NCBI GenBank assembly: GCA_964394335.1
Contig: CAYMVZ010000002.1
Location: 1 to 60,619, forward strand
Reading direction: 5' to 3'
DNA: 60,619 nt
From: an uncultured Nitrospinota bacterium
Lineage (GTDB): Bacteria > Nitrospinota > Nitrospinia > CAJXCL01
Below the pieces are notes generated by a model, which was not told the origin of the DNA, did no database searches, and saw only the letters and a program-made list of their open reading frames with translations. Position 1 is the stretch's first letter; every line of letters begins with the position of its first letter. The translations under genes were made by a program, and so were the position numbers. Positions 20,661 to 31,111 of the stretch are shown here, one piece after another.

Positions 20661-21467
20661 ATGAAAAAAAAGAATGAAGAATCTGAAGATGGAGGAGTGG
20701 ATCCCAACGCCTGGATGGTTACTTTTTCTGACCTGTTAACATTGATGATGACCTTTTTTGTGTTGCTTTTAACCATGTCGACTGTGCAACCTCAAGAAGT
20801 AAAAGAGGCTTTTAGTATTTTTGACAGTCTCTACTATGAGGAAGGAGCACATGATACCGCGGAAATAGAGTCATATGGTGTTATGGATGCTAAAGGAGGG
20901 AGCCCGAAAATGGGACAACAAGGTGGTATAGTGGGTTTACCTTTTAGGCAGGTGTCTGCCAGAACGATTGCGAAGGATGCTGAGGAACTTGAGGTGCTAT
21001 TCACTGAACTTGCGCGTGACGCCGAAACAAAATTTACTGATTTTTCAGAAGAAGAAGCAAATGAACTTAAAAACATTGTGGTAGCAAATGATCCGGAAGG
21101 AATAACCGTTCATTTACCTGACTCATTGTTATTTAAAACGGGGGATTCTGAGATTAATCCTCACTTCATTGCGATTTTGAAGATGATGGGAACTTGGTTT
21201 CAGAAAACGCCGTATATCATAAAGATAGAAGGGCATTCAGACAATACTAAAGTTAAGAATGCAGTGTTTTCCTCCAACTGGGAATTATCTGTAAACAGAG
21301 CAACTAATATCATGCGTTATTTTATAGAAAATAAATTTATTATAGATTCAAAGAGAATCTCAGCATATGGATATAGTGAATTTCAACCATTAGTTTCCAA
21401 CGATTCCATAGGGAACCGTAAAAAAAACAGGAGGATTGAAGTAATTTTTAAAAAACCAAAAATTTAG
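20661..21467 (+). CDS. motB: Flagellar stator B subunit, canonical (start ATG 20661)
   Basis: WMVTFSDLLTLMMTFFVLL; EGHSDN, NWELSVNRA, NRRIEV. Confidence 0.93.
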   Translation: MKKKNEESEDGGVDPNAWMVTFSDLLTLMMTFFVLLLTMSTVQPQEVKEAFSIFDSLYYEEGAHDTAEIESYGVMDAKGGSPKMGQQGGIVGLPFRQVSARTIAKDAEELEVLFTELARDAETKFTDFSEEEANELKNIVVANDPEGITVHLPDSLLFKTGDSEINPHFIAILKMMGTWFQKTPYIIKIEGHSDNTKVKNAVFSSNWELSVNRATNIMRYFIENKFIIDSKRISAYGYSEFQPLVSNDSIGNRKKNRRIEVIFKKPKI

Positions 21468-21505
21468 TTGAATTATTTTTTTGTAGTAGCTTTCCTCAAA
21501 GAATG

Positions 21506-21620
21506 AACGTGGTTCGACAACTCTTCGGCAAGCAATATCATTTTGAGCTTGTCGAAATATCAGGTGGCTATGTTGTGGTGACTCATTTGACTTATTCATG
21601 ACAGGCCTTACCGAACCGTT
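21506..21620. repeat. REP-like imperfect inverted repeat
   Basis: TTCGACAACTC (21513) / GAGCTTGTCGAA (21545); outer AACGTGGTTCG / CGAACCGTT. Confidence 0.5.
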
Positions 21621-21671
21621 GGTATCCAGGGGTTAGCTTAATATTCACACATTCTTTAAAGGGATATTAAA

Positions 21672-22193
21672 ATGGCAGAAGAAGAAATAGAAGAAAAAGA
21701 AGAAATAGAAGAGGCCCCTAAAAAAGGCGGAAATCTTAAACTTATAATAATTATTGTAGCGGTTCTCGCAATTTTGGGAGGCGGTGGTGCATTCGCCTGG
21801 TTTAAGTTTATTGCTCCGGCCATTGGGGTAGGAGAAGAAACTGTTAAAGAAGAGAAACAAAAAACGGAGTCTGAAAGTGCAGAAATTGGCACCGGAACCA
21901 TGTTTCCTCTGGATTCATTTATCCTAAATCTTTCTGGAGAGGGTGGAAAAAGGTTTTTAAAATTAACAATGGAGTTGGAGCTGAGTAATTCGGCATTAAA
22001 TAACGAAATAACTGCTAACGTTCCCAAAATAAAAGACTCAATATTGATCTTGTTGAGTAGCAAGACATTTAAGGATATTTATACTGTTGAGGGCAAATAT
22101 AAACTACGCGATGAAATAACCGCTAGAATTAACCGTTTTTTAGTTACAGGACAGGTAAAAAGTGTATATTTTACAGAATTTGTTATTCAATAA
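21672..22193 (+). CDS. fliL: Flagellar basal body protein FliL
   Basis: N-terminal TM; FILNL...FLK...IKDSILILLSSK...EGK..LRDEI..RIN...VYFTEFVIQ. Confidence 0.95.
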   Translation: MAEEEIEEKEEIEEAPKKGGNLKLIIIIVAVLAILGGGGAFAWFKFIAPAIGVGEETVKEEKQKTESESAEIGTGTMFPLDSFILNLSGEGGKRFLKLTMELELSNSALNNEITANVPKIKDSILILLSSKTFKDIYTVEGKYKLRDEITARINRFLVTGQVKSVYFTEFVIQ

Positions 22194-22211
22194 TTTTTTT
22201 GGAGATATATT

Positions 22212-23192
22212 ATGAGTCAGGTTTTATCACAAGATGAGGTCGATGCGCTATTAAGAGGCGTCACCGACGGAGAAATTGAAACGGAAACAGACCAACCTAT
22301 AGACGACTCCGGCATAGTTCCTTACGATTTAACCAGCCAGGAAAGGATTATTCGCGGGAGAATGCCTACTCTCGACATTATTAATCAGCGATTTGCCAGG
22401 CTTTTTCGTACCAGCATATCCGCTATGCTGCGTAAAGTCGCCGATGTTACGACTGTTTCTACTGATACAGTTAAATTTGGTGAATTCATTAAATCTCTTC
22501 CTGTTCCGGCCAGTCTGCATATTTTTAGAATGGAACCTCTTCGAGGATTTGCCCTGCTTGCCGCTGAAAGCAAGCTGGTGTTTTCTCTCGTGGATAATTT
22601 TTTCGGTGGCGGCAGCGCGACTTCTTTCAAGGTTGAAGGACGCGATTTTACTTCTATTGAACAAAAGATGATTAAAAAAGTTGTTCTTGGGGCTCTGCAA
22701 GATCTGGAGAAGGCCTGGAAGCCCGTGCATCCAGTCCAGGTATCTTTTGTCAGATCTGAAATAAATCCGCAGTTTGCCGCAATTGTTCCAACTACGGATG
22801 TTGTGGTTGTTATCTTATTTGAAATTGAAATGGAAAATGTTACAGGAACAATTACGGTTTGTCTCCCTTACTCAACAATTGAACCAATTATTACTAAACT
22901 GAGAGCGGGATTTCAGAGTGATCAATTGGAAGTTGACCAGACATGGGTAAAAAGGTTGCGAGAAAAGTTGCAGACTGCTGAGGTGGAATTATTGATAGAG
23001 TTAGGGAAAACAACATTGAGATCCAATGAGTTAATAAATTTAGATTTAGGAGACATTATTCAGTTAGATAATGACGTGAGCGACGAATTGCTGCTCATGG
23101 TTGAAGGAATTCCTAAATATAAAGTATACCCCGGTGTGTCAAGGGGTAATAAAGCTGTTAAAATTTCACAATTTATTAAGAGAGGAGAGTGA
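22212..23192 (+). CDS. fliM: Motor switch protein FliM
   Basis: [10 protein letters not shown] CheY-P binding motif, YDL, C-terminal SpoA domain. Confidence 0.97.
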   Translation: MSQVLSQDEVDALLRGVTDGEIETETDQPIDDSGIVPYDLTSQERIIRGRMPTLDIINQRFARLFRTSISAMLRKVADVTTVSTDTVKFGEFIKSLPVPASLHIFRMEPLRGFALLAAESKLVFSLVDNFFGGGSATSFKVEGRDFTSIEQKMIKKVVLGALQDLEKAWKPVHPVQVSFVRSEINPQFAAIVPTTDVVVVILFEIEMENVTGTITVCLPYSTIEPIITKLRAGFQSDQLEVDQTWVKRLREKLQTAEVELLIELGKTTLRSNELINLDLGDIIQLDNDVSDELLLMVEGIPKYKVYPGVSRGNKAVKISQFIKRGE

Positions 23193-23197
23193 ATATT

Positions 23198-23593
23198 ATG
23201 GCAGATGATGATGTATTAGGTTCCTTTGAGGATGTTTCTTCCGGTGACTCTGGAGATATAGCATCACAAGATTCCGGAGGAGAGGTGGGTTTGGAAGCCC
23301 AACTGGACAAAGACCTGGAGAAAGTAACTGATAATAAAAATCTCGATATGATCCTGGATATACCACTTGTTGTGACCGTTGAATTGGGCCGAACAAAGAT
23401 GATGATTAATGACCTTCTTCAGTTAGGACAGGGATCTGTTATTGAGCTTAGCAAATTAGTTGGAGAGCCTTTAGAAATTCTTGTAAATGAAAAATTGGTG
23501 GCACGGGGTGAAGTTGTTGTTGTCAACGAAAAATTCGGGGTTCGCTTAACTGACATAGTTTCACCTATGGAACGTATCGAAAGCTTAGGATAG
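23198..23593 (+). CDS. fliN: Motor switch protein FliN (ATG 23198 preferred over GTG 23189)
   Basis: [32 protein letters not shown]; AGGAG 10 nt upstream. Confidence 0.96.
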   Translation: MADDDVLGSFEDVSSGDSGDIASQDSGGEVGLEAQLDKDLEKVTDNKNLDMILDIPLVVTVELGRTKMMINDLLQLGQGSVIELSKLVGEPLEILVNEKLVARGEVVVVNEKFGVRLTDIVSPMERIESLG

Positions 23594-23599
23594 TAAAAA

Positions 23600-24676
23600 A
23601 TGAAAAAAATATTTTATGTTCTGTCTATGGTTGTTTTTATGCTTTGGGGAGCACCGGTCCTTGCAGTAGATCTGTCAGCATATAATTATTTGCAAGGCAT
23701 AGAGACTTCCTCATCCGAAAATGAAATAAAAATAGCTATAAACTTTAGTAAACCGATTAATGATGTTCGGAAACCTCAATTTTTTGAAAAATCCATACAA
23801 TTTGCTTTTAATAAAACTTATGTTAAACCGGCTAAAAAAACCTTTAACATTGGAGAAGAATTAATTTCTGATGTACATATTTATCAATATGACAAAAACA
23901 GTGTGCGACTAAGGCTGATCATCGGCAAGGAGGATGTATGGGATGAGGATAGATTGGCATATGAAAAAAAAGGTAATCAGTTGGTAATAAGTGTTTCAAA
24001 AAAAAGTACGGATTTGCTGAATAATATGTTCGAAGAAAATTTAAGCTTACCCGTTGTAGATATTGAAAAACATTTCAATAAACCTATTGAACTCCTCTCA
24101 GACGCAAAATATCAAGAGGATTTGACACCGGTTATCTATGATGAAACTGATAAAAACAAAGTCAGCTTGGATGTTAATAAAAATGAAAAAAACATTGGTT
24201 CTAATAACGTCACCGGCCCAACCCTTTTTTCTTCATCTATAAAAGTAGTTACAGCACTAACAATAGTCCTCTCTTTAATTCTGCTAACTTACTATTTTGT
24301 GAAGAAATATCTGCTAAAAGACGGTTCGTTATTAGGAATGGATAAACAGGTAAAAGTTATTTCTACAAGTTACATAGCACCCAAAAAGAGCATTTCCCTG
24401 GTTGAGGTCGCTGGAGAAATTTTAGTTTTAGGTGTAACAGTATCGAATATCAATTTGCTGACTAAAATTGAAAATAAGGAAGCTGCTGAAAGGATAAAGG
24501 GAAAAAAAGAAAGCCGGTTAGCTAACTGGAAAAAAAATAAACAGATTATATCCTCGTTTTCCAGGCAACTGGATGATTACACATCAAAAACGGATGAAAA
24601 AGGGAAAAAAAGTAGTTCAGTTAAAGTAATAAATCGTTTAATAGAGGAGAAAATAAACAAGTTAAAAACAGTTTAA
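23600..24676 (+). CDS. fliO: Long FliO with signal peptide and N-terminal periplasmic domain
   Basis: C-terminal TM then VISTSYIAPKKSISLVEVAGEILVLGVT; position between fliN and fliP. Confidence 0.8.
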   Translation: MKKIFYVLSMVVFMLWGAPVLAVDLSAYNYLQGIETSSSENEIKIAINFSKPINDVRKPQFFEKSIQFAFNKTYVKPAKKTFNIGEELISDVHIYQYDKNSVRLRLIIGKEDVWDEDRLAYEKKGNQLVISVSKKSTDLLNNMFEENLSLPVVDIEKHFNKPIELLSDAKYQEDLTPVIYDETDKNKVSLDVNKNEKNIGSNNVTGPTLFSSSIKVVTALTIVLSLILLTYYFVKKYLLKDGSLLGMDKQVKVISTSYIAPKKSISLVEVAGEILVLGVTVSNINLLTKIENKEAAERIKGKKESRLANWKKNKQIISSFSRQLDDYTSKTDEKGKKSSSVKVINRLIEEKINKLKTV

Positions 24677-24732
24677 AAGTTGCATTTTACTAAATAAATA
24701 TCAAATTTATTTAAAATATTTTACGCTGAATA

Positions 24733-25509
24733 ATGAAAAAAAGAGATTCAAACTTTGTTAAATTTAGAGTCATAGCCTTTCTCATTGCTGCTTTTTTGTT
24801 GTTCAGCTTTGCAGACAAGATTTATGCGGTTCCTTTGCCAACAGTTAGTATAGGAATTGGAGAGACTGAAAATCCCCAACAGGTTGCTTCCAGTTTAAAA
24901 GTACTGTTCCTTCTCACTATACTCTCACTGGCTCCTGCTTTATTAATCATGACAACCTCTTTTTCGAGAATAATCATTGTATTATCATTTCTCCGCCAGG
25001 CGCTTGGCACGCAACAAATGCCTCCTAATCAGGTAATAATCGGGCTGGCTTTGTTTCTCACCTTTTTTATTATGACTCCATTCTGGAAAGATATTAATTC
25101 TCTTGCGCTTGAACCGTATTTATCCGAAAAAATATCCCAGACGGAAGCAATGTCCAATGCTCTGAAGCCAATAAGAAAATTTATGTTTAACCAGACAAGG
25201 CCAAAGGATATGGCTATGTTTATTAATATGTCGAAGATTGATCGGCCTAATAACCGTTCTGAAGTCCCGACACATGTACTGATACCGGCTTTTATAATAA
25301 GTGAATTGAAAACAGCATTCCAAATTGGTTTTTTAATTTATCTACCATTTTTGATTCTTGATATGGTAGTGGCCAGCGTTCTGCTTTCAATGGGTATGAT
25401 GATGCTGCCGCCTGTTTTGATTTCACTGCCTTTTAAGTTGATGCTGTTCGTGCTCGTTGACGGATGGTATTTAATTATCGGTTCATTAATGAAAAGTTTT
25501 GGAGGATAG
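24733..25509 (+). CDS. fliP: Export gate FliP
   Basis: [36 protein letters not shown]. Confidence 0.97.
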   Translation: MKKRDSNFVKFRVIAFLIAAFLLFSFADKIYAVPLPTVSIGIGETENPQQVASSLKVLFLLTILSLAPALLIMTTSFSRIIIVLSFLRQALGTQQMPPNQVIIGLALFLTFFIMTPFWKDINSLALEPYLSEKISQTEAMSNALKPIRKFMFNQTRPKDMAMFINMSKIDRPNNRSEVPTHVLIPAFIISELKTAFQIGFLIYLPFLILDMVVASVLLSMGMMMLPPVLISLPFKLMLFVLVDGWYLIIGSLMKSFGG

Positions 25510-25516
25510 TAATGTT

Positions 25517-25598
25517 TACCGCAAAGATCGAATTTGTGATTTTATTTTTTTCTTGGCTGCGACTCCGTTGTGTTCTGATCTCAGCATTCTGCGGTTAA
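25517..25598. repeat. Short element with inverted ends (MITE/REP-like)
   Basis: TACCGCAAAGA ... TTCTGCGGTTAA; the same CTGCGGTTAA end occurs near 35609. Confidence 0.45.
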
Positions 25599-25620
25599 CA
25601 GTACTTTTACAGAGAAAGAT

Positions 25621-25890
25621 ATGACTCAAGAATTTGCTATTGATATTGCCATGGAAGCTTTAAAAGTGGCTCTGTTGCTTTCCGCGCCCATGCTTGGGTT
25701 TGGGCTGATTACCGGAATTGCAGTGAGCATTTTTCAAGCAGTTACTTCTATCCAGGAAATGACGCTGACATTTATTCCAAAAATATTAGCTGTAGTAGCA
25801 GCCCTGTTTATTTTTTTCCCATGGTTGCTGCAAACCATGCTGCAGTTTACATCTAAAGTCATAATTATTATTCCACAGATAGTAAGGTAA
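25621..25890 (+). CDS. fliQ: Export gate FliQ
   Basis: SIFQAVTSIQEMTLTFIPK. Confidence 0.97.
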   Translation: MTQEFAIDIAMEALKVALLLSAPMLGFGLITGIAVSIFQAVTSIQEMTLTFIPKILAVVAALFIFFPWLLQTMLQFTSKVIIIIPQIVR

Positions 25891-25894
25891 AAAT

Positions 25895-26671
25895 ATGAAC
25901 CCATTTAACCTTTCGGAAAGTCAGGTTTTACTTTTTATGTTAATGTTTGTCCGTGTAGGGGCTTTGATTTTTTTTACTCCTATCCTCGGGGGCGCCAATG
26001 TGCCTTCTCACGCGAAAATAGGCTTGGCTTTCTTTGTAGCTCTAATGCTCCTCCCTCTGGTTGATTTCAAATTTGTTGAATACCCAAAAGGTGTTTTCTC
26101 ATTTGCTTTGCTTGTCAGTTCGGAGCTTTTAATAGGAATGATAATCGGGTTTTCTGTGAGGCTGTTGATGTCCGCAGTTCAAATTGCAGGGACAACAATT
26201 GGTTTTCAAATGGGTTTTGGAATAGTTAATGTGATCGATCCGGTTACCAGTTTACAAGTTTCAGTAATCTCCCAGTTCCAAAATCTTGTGGGGTATTTAA
26301 TATTTTTGTCAATCAACGCCCATCATATAATTCTAAACTCTATTGCCTCCAGCTTTCAGTTAATCCCTCCCCTGGGATTTGAATTTAGCGGGGATATGGT
26401 AAATATTTACATGAATATTGTTAGAGATGTTTTTGTGGTATCCGTAAAAATTGCCGGTCCTCTGATTGCCACCCTGTTATTTACAAGTGTGGCGCTTGGA
26501 ATGATTGCGCGGACTGTTCCGCAGATGAATGTGTTTATAGTGGGTTTTCCACTTCAAATCGGGTTAGGGCTTCTTATGATCGGTCTTACTTTACCATTAT
26601 TTAATATGGTCATTAATAATATTGCAGGTTTAATAGAGCAAAATATTTTCGCGCTTATGAAAGCGATGTAA
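25895..26671 (+). CDS. fliR: Export gate FliR
   Basis: GTTIGFQMGF, IARTVPQMNVFIVGFP. Confidence 0.96.
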   Translation: MNPFNLSESQVLLFMLMFVRVGALIFFTPILGGANVPSHAKIGLAFFVALMLLPLVDFKFVEYPKGVFSFALLVSSELLIGMIIGFSVRLLMSAVQIAGTTIGFQMGFGIVNVIDPVTSLQVSVISQFQNLVGYLIFLSINAHHIILNSIASSFQLIPPLGFEFSGDMVNIYMNIVRDVFVVSVKIAGPLIATLLFTSVALGMIARTVPQMNVFIVGFPLQIGLGLLMIGLTLPLFNMVINNIAGLIEQNIFALMKAM

Positions 26672-26735
26672 TAAAAGTCATTGGTTATTAGTTATTGGTT
26701 GTTGATTATGGAACAAAAAGACAAGTTCATTGCCT

Positions 26736-26786
26736 TGTCATTCTGAAGGAGCAAAGCGACTGAAGAATCTCGCTCAGGACAGGCTC
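26736..26786. repeat. REP-like repeat
   Basis: TGTCATTCTGAAGGAGCAAAGCGACTGAAGAATCTCGCTCAGGACAGG, imperfect inverted ends, between fliR and flhB. Confidence 0.45.
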
Positions 26787-26816
26787 TGCGGAGAAGCATT
26801 TTATAGGAATTAAAAA

Positions 26817-27884
26817 ATGGCTGAAGAAGATAAAGAACAACGTACGGAAGAAGCGTCGGACAAACGGCGGCGCGAAACTGAAGAAAAAGGCCAATTTGCA
26901 GTCAGCAAAGAATTCAACTCCACATTTGTGCTTTTAGGGAGCCTCCTTGTTTTTATTTTTATGGGGGGACAGATTACTCAAAATATTATGTCACTATGGG
27001 GGAATCTTCTAACTAACATAGGAACATTTCAGCTTACAGAGGCAAATTCTTTTACCCTGTTTCAAAATATTCTTAAAGGCACGGTTGTAATTTTGGCTCC
27101 CATACTTATTGGAATTTTAATCTCAGGAGTTTTGGCTAACGTTTTTCAGACTCAAGGGTTCAGGCTATCGCTCAAACCATTGGAACCTAAATTTTCCAAA
27201 CTAAACCCTATAAAAGGGATGGGTCGTCTTTTTTCAAAAAATTCCCTGATGGAGCTTATAAAATCTATTTTCAAAATCATGATCATCGGATTTATCGCGT
27301 ATAAAACAGTAAAACAAGAATTTCCCACTATTCCTCTATTAATGGATACGGGAACAGGATCGTCAGCGGTTTATATGGGTGAAATTTCTATAAAAATAAT
27401 GGTACGCACCCTTTGGGCAATGCTTTTCCTGTCTCTTTTTGATTATGCATTCCAAAGATATAGCTATTCAGAAAGCATGAAAATGACCAAGCAAGAACTT
27501 AAAGAGGAACGAAAAGAAACAGAGGGAGATCCATACATTAAAGCCAGAGTCAGGAACATCCAGATACAATTAGCCAGAAAACGAATGATGGCGGAAGTGC
27601 CGGAAGCGGAAGTCGTAATTACAAACCCGATTCATTATGCAATCGCTCTTAAATACGATAGAGATTCTATGGAAGCTCCGATGGTTGTAGCGAAAGGGGC
27701 AAATCATATAGCACAAAAGATCAAAGAAATTGCAAAAGAACACGGCGTGCCGGTTGTGGAAAATAAACCACTGGCCCAGACCCTATATAAGCTGGTTAAT
27801 ATTGGCGGAGTAATCCCTCATACTTTATTCAGAGCCGTTGCTGAAGTACTGGCCTATGTATACAAACTGAAAAATAAGGTGTAA
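26817..27884 (+). CDS. flhB: Export switch FlhB
   Basis: RTEEAS, KETEGDP, NP(I)H autocleavage site, AEVLAYVY. Confidence 0.97.
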   Translation: MAEEDKEQRTEEASDKRRRETEEKGQFAVSKEFNSTFVLLGSLLVFIFMGGQITQNIMSLWGNLLTNIGTFQLTEANSFTLFQNILKGTVVILAPILIGILISGVLANVFQTQGFRLSLKPLEPKFSKLNPIKGMGRLFSKNSLMELIKSIFKIMIIGFIAYKTVKQEFPTIPLLMDTGTGSSAVYMGEISIKIMVRTLWAMLFLSLFDYAFQRYSYSESMKMTKQELKEERKETEGDPYIKARVRNIQIQLARKRMMAEVPEAEVVITNPIHYAIALKYDRDSMEAPMVVAKGANHIAQKIKEIAKEHGVPVVENKPLAQTLYKLVNIGGVIPHTLFRAVAEVLAYVYKLKNKV

Positions 27885-27887
27885 ATT

Positions 27888-29951
27888 ATGGCAAACGAAT
27901 CTTCATTATCAGGTAAATATAGCGAATTAATTTTAGCAGGAGGTGTGGTCGGCATTTTAATCATAATGGTCATGCCATTGCCGACTGTTATTCTGGATAG
28001 TCTTCTGTCTTTCAGCATTACCTTTTCAGTCATTATCCTGCTGGTCTCCATGTATATGCCGCAGGCGCTGGAGTTTTCAGTATTTCCTTCTTTGTTATTG
28101 ATCGTTACGCTTTATCGTCTTTCTCTCAATATTGCCTCAACCCGGATTATTTTACTTCACGGAAATGAAGGAACTAACGCTGCGGGCCAGGTTATCAGAT
28201 CTTTTGGCGATTTTGTGGTTGGAGGAAATTATGTTGTCGGAATGGTCGTGTTCCTCATCCTGGTTATAATTAACTTTGTGGTTATTACAAAAGGTTCTGT
28301 AAGAACATCTGAAGTAGCAGCGCGTTTTACATTGGATGCTATTCCGGGAAAACAAATGGGTATAGACGCTGACCTTAATGCGGGAATGATTAATGAGAAA
28401 GAAGCTCAAAAACGTAGAAGAGAACTGGAACAGGAAGCGGACTTTTATGGGTCCATGGACGGTGCGATACGGTTTGTACGCGGAGATGCTATTGCGGGAA
28501 TTATTATTACCGGTGTTAACATTCTTGGCGGTTTTTTTATAGGAGTGCTTCAGCAGGGTATGGATCTTTCTCAGGCAGCCGAGGTTTATACTACCCTAAC
28601 CATAGGGGACGGCCTCGTGTCCCAACTGCCTGCGCTCGTTATCTCCACAGCCGCCGGTATTGTAGTAACCCGGGCCTCATCCGACAAAAGTCTCGGCAGG
28701 GAGATTGCTGGTCAGCTTTTGTTTCATCCAAAGGCGTTTGCGATTGCTTCCGCTGTATTGTTCTTTTTTGGAATGGTTCCGGGGTTACCTCATTTTGCTT
28801 TTTTTGTTTTAGCAATTACGGTAGGCGTCATTGCTTACCTTACCTTTGAATCCCAAAAAACGGCTCAAGCAGAGAAAGTAAAAAAAATAGAGGAAGAAAA
28901 AGCTCCTGTTCAGGAACGGGTAGAATCAATTCTCCCGCTTGATGCGGTAGAATTAGAAGTGGGATATGAACTAATCCCCCTGGTAGATGCTTCAAGGGAT
29001 GGCGAACTTTTGAATCGTATTAAATCGATCCGCCGCCAGTTTGCTCTGGAGATAGGAATTATTGTTCCGCCTGTTCACATCCGTGATAATTTACAATTAA
29101 AACCAAATGAATACTCTATTCTGGTTAAGGGAACTGAAGTGGCAAGAGGAGAATTAATGATGGGAAATTTTCTCGCTATGAACCCGGGGGCAGAAGCCGG
29201 TGATATTGGAGGAATTCCCACTCAAGAACCTACTTTTGGATTGCCAGCTACCTGGATAACTGAAAGTGAAAAAGGAAAAGCACAGATGGCAGGATACACG
29301 GTAGTCGATAATGCCACAGTAGTAACTACGCATATTAAAGAAATTATAAAAAATTATGCCCATGACTTGCTTGGACGGCAGGAAACACAAGCGCTGCTGG
29401 ATAATGTTAAAGAAACTCATCCTAAAGCAGTGGAAGATATAATCCCAAATTTGCTTTCTTTAGCTCAGGTTCAAACCATATTGCAAAATTTATTAAAAGA
29501 ACAGGTTTCCATAAGGGATATCTTAACTATTCTGGAAATATTGGGAAAATTTGCGCCTACGACTAAAGATACGGAATTGTTGACTGAATATGTCCGGCAG
29601 GCATTGGCAAGACCTATCAGCAACCAATACCAGACTGCTAAAGGGGAAATACCGGTATTAACCGTTGATCAGAAAGTTGAGGATATCCTGACAAGTTCAA
29701 TACAGCGTACGGAGTTTGGTTCCTATGTTTCTATTGAACCGGATATGGCAACAAATCTGCTCAAAAAAATAAAAGATGCCTTGGAGAAAATATCTCCTAT
29801 GGAAATTCAGCCCGTTATTTTATCCTCTCAAAATATTAGAGTTCACTTAAAGAAATTGACAGAAAGGTTCATACCAAATCTGGTATGCCTTTCTCATAAT
29901 GAAATAGCGCCTAAGGCAAAGATTAAGAATCTTGGAGTAATTACGTTATAA
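27888..29951 (+). CDS. flhA: Export gate FlhA
   Basis: EVAARFTLDAIPGKQM, FYGSMDGA.RFVRGDA, TIGDGLVSQ. Confidence 0.98.
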   Translation: MANESSLSGKYSELILAGGVVGILIIMVMPLPTVILDSLLSFSITFSVIILLVSMYMPQALEFSVFPSLLLIVTLYRLSLNIASTRIILLHGNEGTNAAGQVIRSFGDFVVGGNYVVGMVVFLILVIINFVVITKGSVRTSEVAARFTLDAIPGKQMGIDADLNAGMINEKEAQKRRRELEQEADFYGSMDGAIRFVRGDAIAGIIITGVNILGGFFIGVLQQGMDLSQAAEVYTTLTIGDGLVSQLPALVISTAAGIVVTRASSDKSLGREIAGQLLFHPKAFAIASAVLFFFGMVPGLPHFAFFVLAITVGVIAYLTFESQKTAQAEKVKKIEEEKAPVQERVESILPLDAVELEVGYELIPLVDASRDGELLNRIKSIRRQFALEIGIIVPPVHIRDNLQLKPNEYSILVKGTEVARGELMMGNFLAMNPGAEAGDIGGIPTQEPTFGLPATWITESEKGKAQMAGYTVVDNATVVTTHIKEIIKNYAHDLLGRQETQALLDNVKETHPKAVEDIIPNLLSLAQVQTILQNLLKEQVSIRDILTILEILGKFAPTTKDTELLTEYVRQALARPISNQYQTAKGEIPVLTVDQKVEDILTSSIQRTEFGSYVSIEPDMATNLLKKIKDALEKISPMEIQPVILSSQNIRVHLKKLTERFIPNLVCLSHNEIAPKAKIKNLGVITL

Positions 29952-31102
29952 TGCATGTAAAAAAATTTACAGCGAAAAACATAAAAGAAGCTTTAAGGCT
30001 CGTAAAAAGAGAACTGGGGTCCGATGCCATTATTATATCTACAAAAGATATTGAACCTGTTTCGAATGACGGGAAAGGGCATGCCGTAGAAGTAACTGCA
30101 GCAATGGATTTTAATTGTGAAGAGATGCCACAAATAAAAGAATTGATTCAACCGCTGCAAAAGGAGATTGCGGAACTCAAGGAAATTGTAAAATCCATTT
30201 CCCCTGATCTTTTCGGTTCTATTAAAAAAAATGCTGATAACTCTTTTAATAAAGAAGCTATCGAACTTAAATCTATTGTTCATTACTTACTTAATAACAC
30301 AAAAATATTAAAAGACCTTGGTATTAATGACTCCTTAATCAATTTATACAGAGAAGCTATTAATAAAGGTATAAATGAGAGATTGGCTTTTCAGCTTATT
30401 GAAAAAGTTAACAGTCGGCTAATAAATAAATCTTCTTCAAATAATAACGTTAAAGCTCAATTTTTTATGGAGATGGAGAAGTTTATTAAAACCGCAGGAC
30501 CTCTTAAGACAGGTGTGAAAAAGCCAAAAGTGGTTTCATTTGTAGGTCCGACAGGAGTAGGCAAAACAACAACAATAGCTAAACTGGCAGCAGAATTATC
30601 TTTAAACCAAAAAAAAGAAGTGGCATTGCTGACTCTTGATACTTATCGAATCGCCGCAGTAGAACAATTAAAAATTTATTCAAAGATCATTGATATTCCC
30701 ATATCGATTGCCAGAGATAAAAAGGAATTTCATGAGGCGTTGCAGCTTTATAAGGATAAAGATATCTTGCTTATTGATACAGCCGGGAGCAGCAGAAAAG
30801 ATGAAAAACAGATGAAGGAATTAATGGATTTTCTTAATGGAAATGTTTCGGTTGAAACCCACCTTGTCCTCAGTTCAACAGATCAGGAAGACATTTTAAT
30901 CAGAAATATTAAACGTTTTTATCCGTTATCTGTAGATCGTCTTATTTTTACCAAACTTGATGAAGCAAATTCTTTTGGGATGTTGTTTAATATCGCTATG
31001 AAAACAAATAAAGCAATTTCCTACTTTACAACAGGCCAAAAAGTCCCGGAAGATATAGAAGTAGCTACTGCGGGAAAAGCAATCGATTTAATTTTTCAGT
31101 AA
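29951..31102 (+). CDS. flhF: SRP-family GTPase FlhF
   Basis: GPTGVGKTTTIAKLAA, DTYRIAA, DTAG, TKLDE, TGQKVPED. Confidence 0.96.
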   Translation: MHVKKFTAKNIKEALRLVKRELGSDAIIISTKDIEPVSNDGKGHAVEVTAAMDFNCEEMPQIKELIQPLQKEIAELKEIVKSISPDLFGSIKKNADNSFNKEAIELKSIVHYLLNNTKILKDLGINDSLINLYREAINKGINERLAFQLIEKVNSRLINKSSSNNNVKAQFFMEMEKFIKTAGPLKTGVKKPKVVSFVGPTGVGKTTTIAKLAAELSLNQKKEVALLTLDTYRIAAVEQLKIYSKIIDIPISIARDKKEFHEALQLYKDKDILLIDTAGSSRKDEKQMKELMDFLNGNVSVETHLVLSSTDQEDILIRNIKRFYPLSVDRLIFTKLDEANSFGMLFNIAMKTNKAISYFTTGQKVPEDIEVATAGKAIDLIFQ

Positions 31103-31111
31103 AGGAAAACG

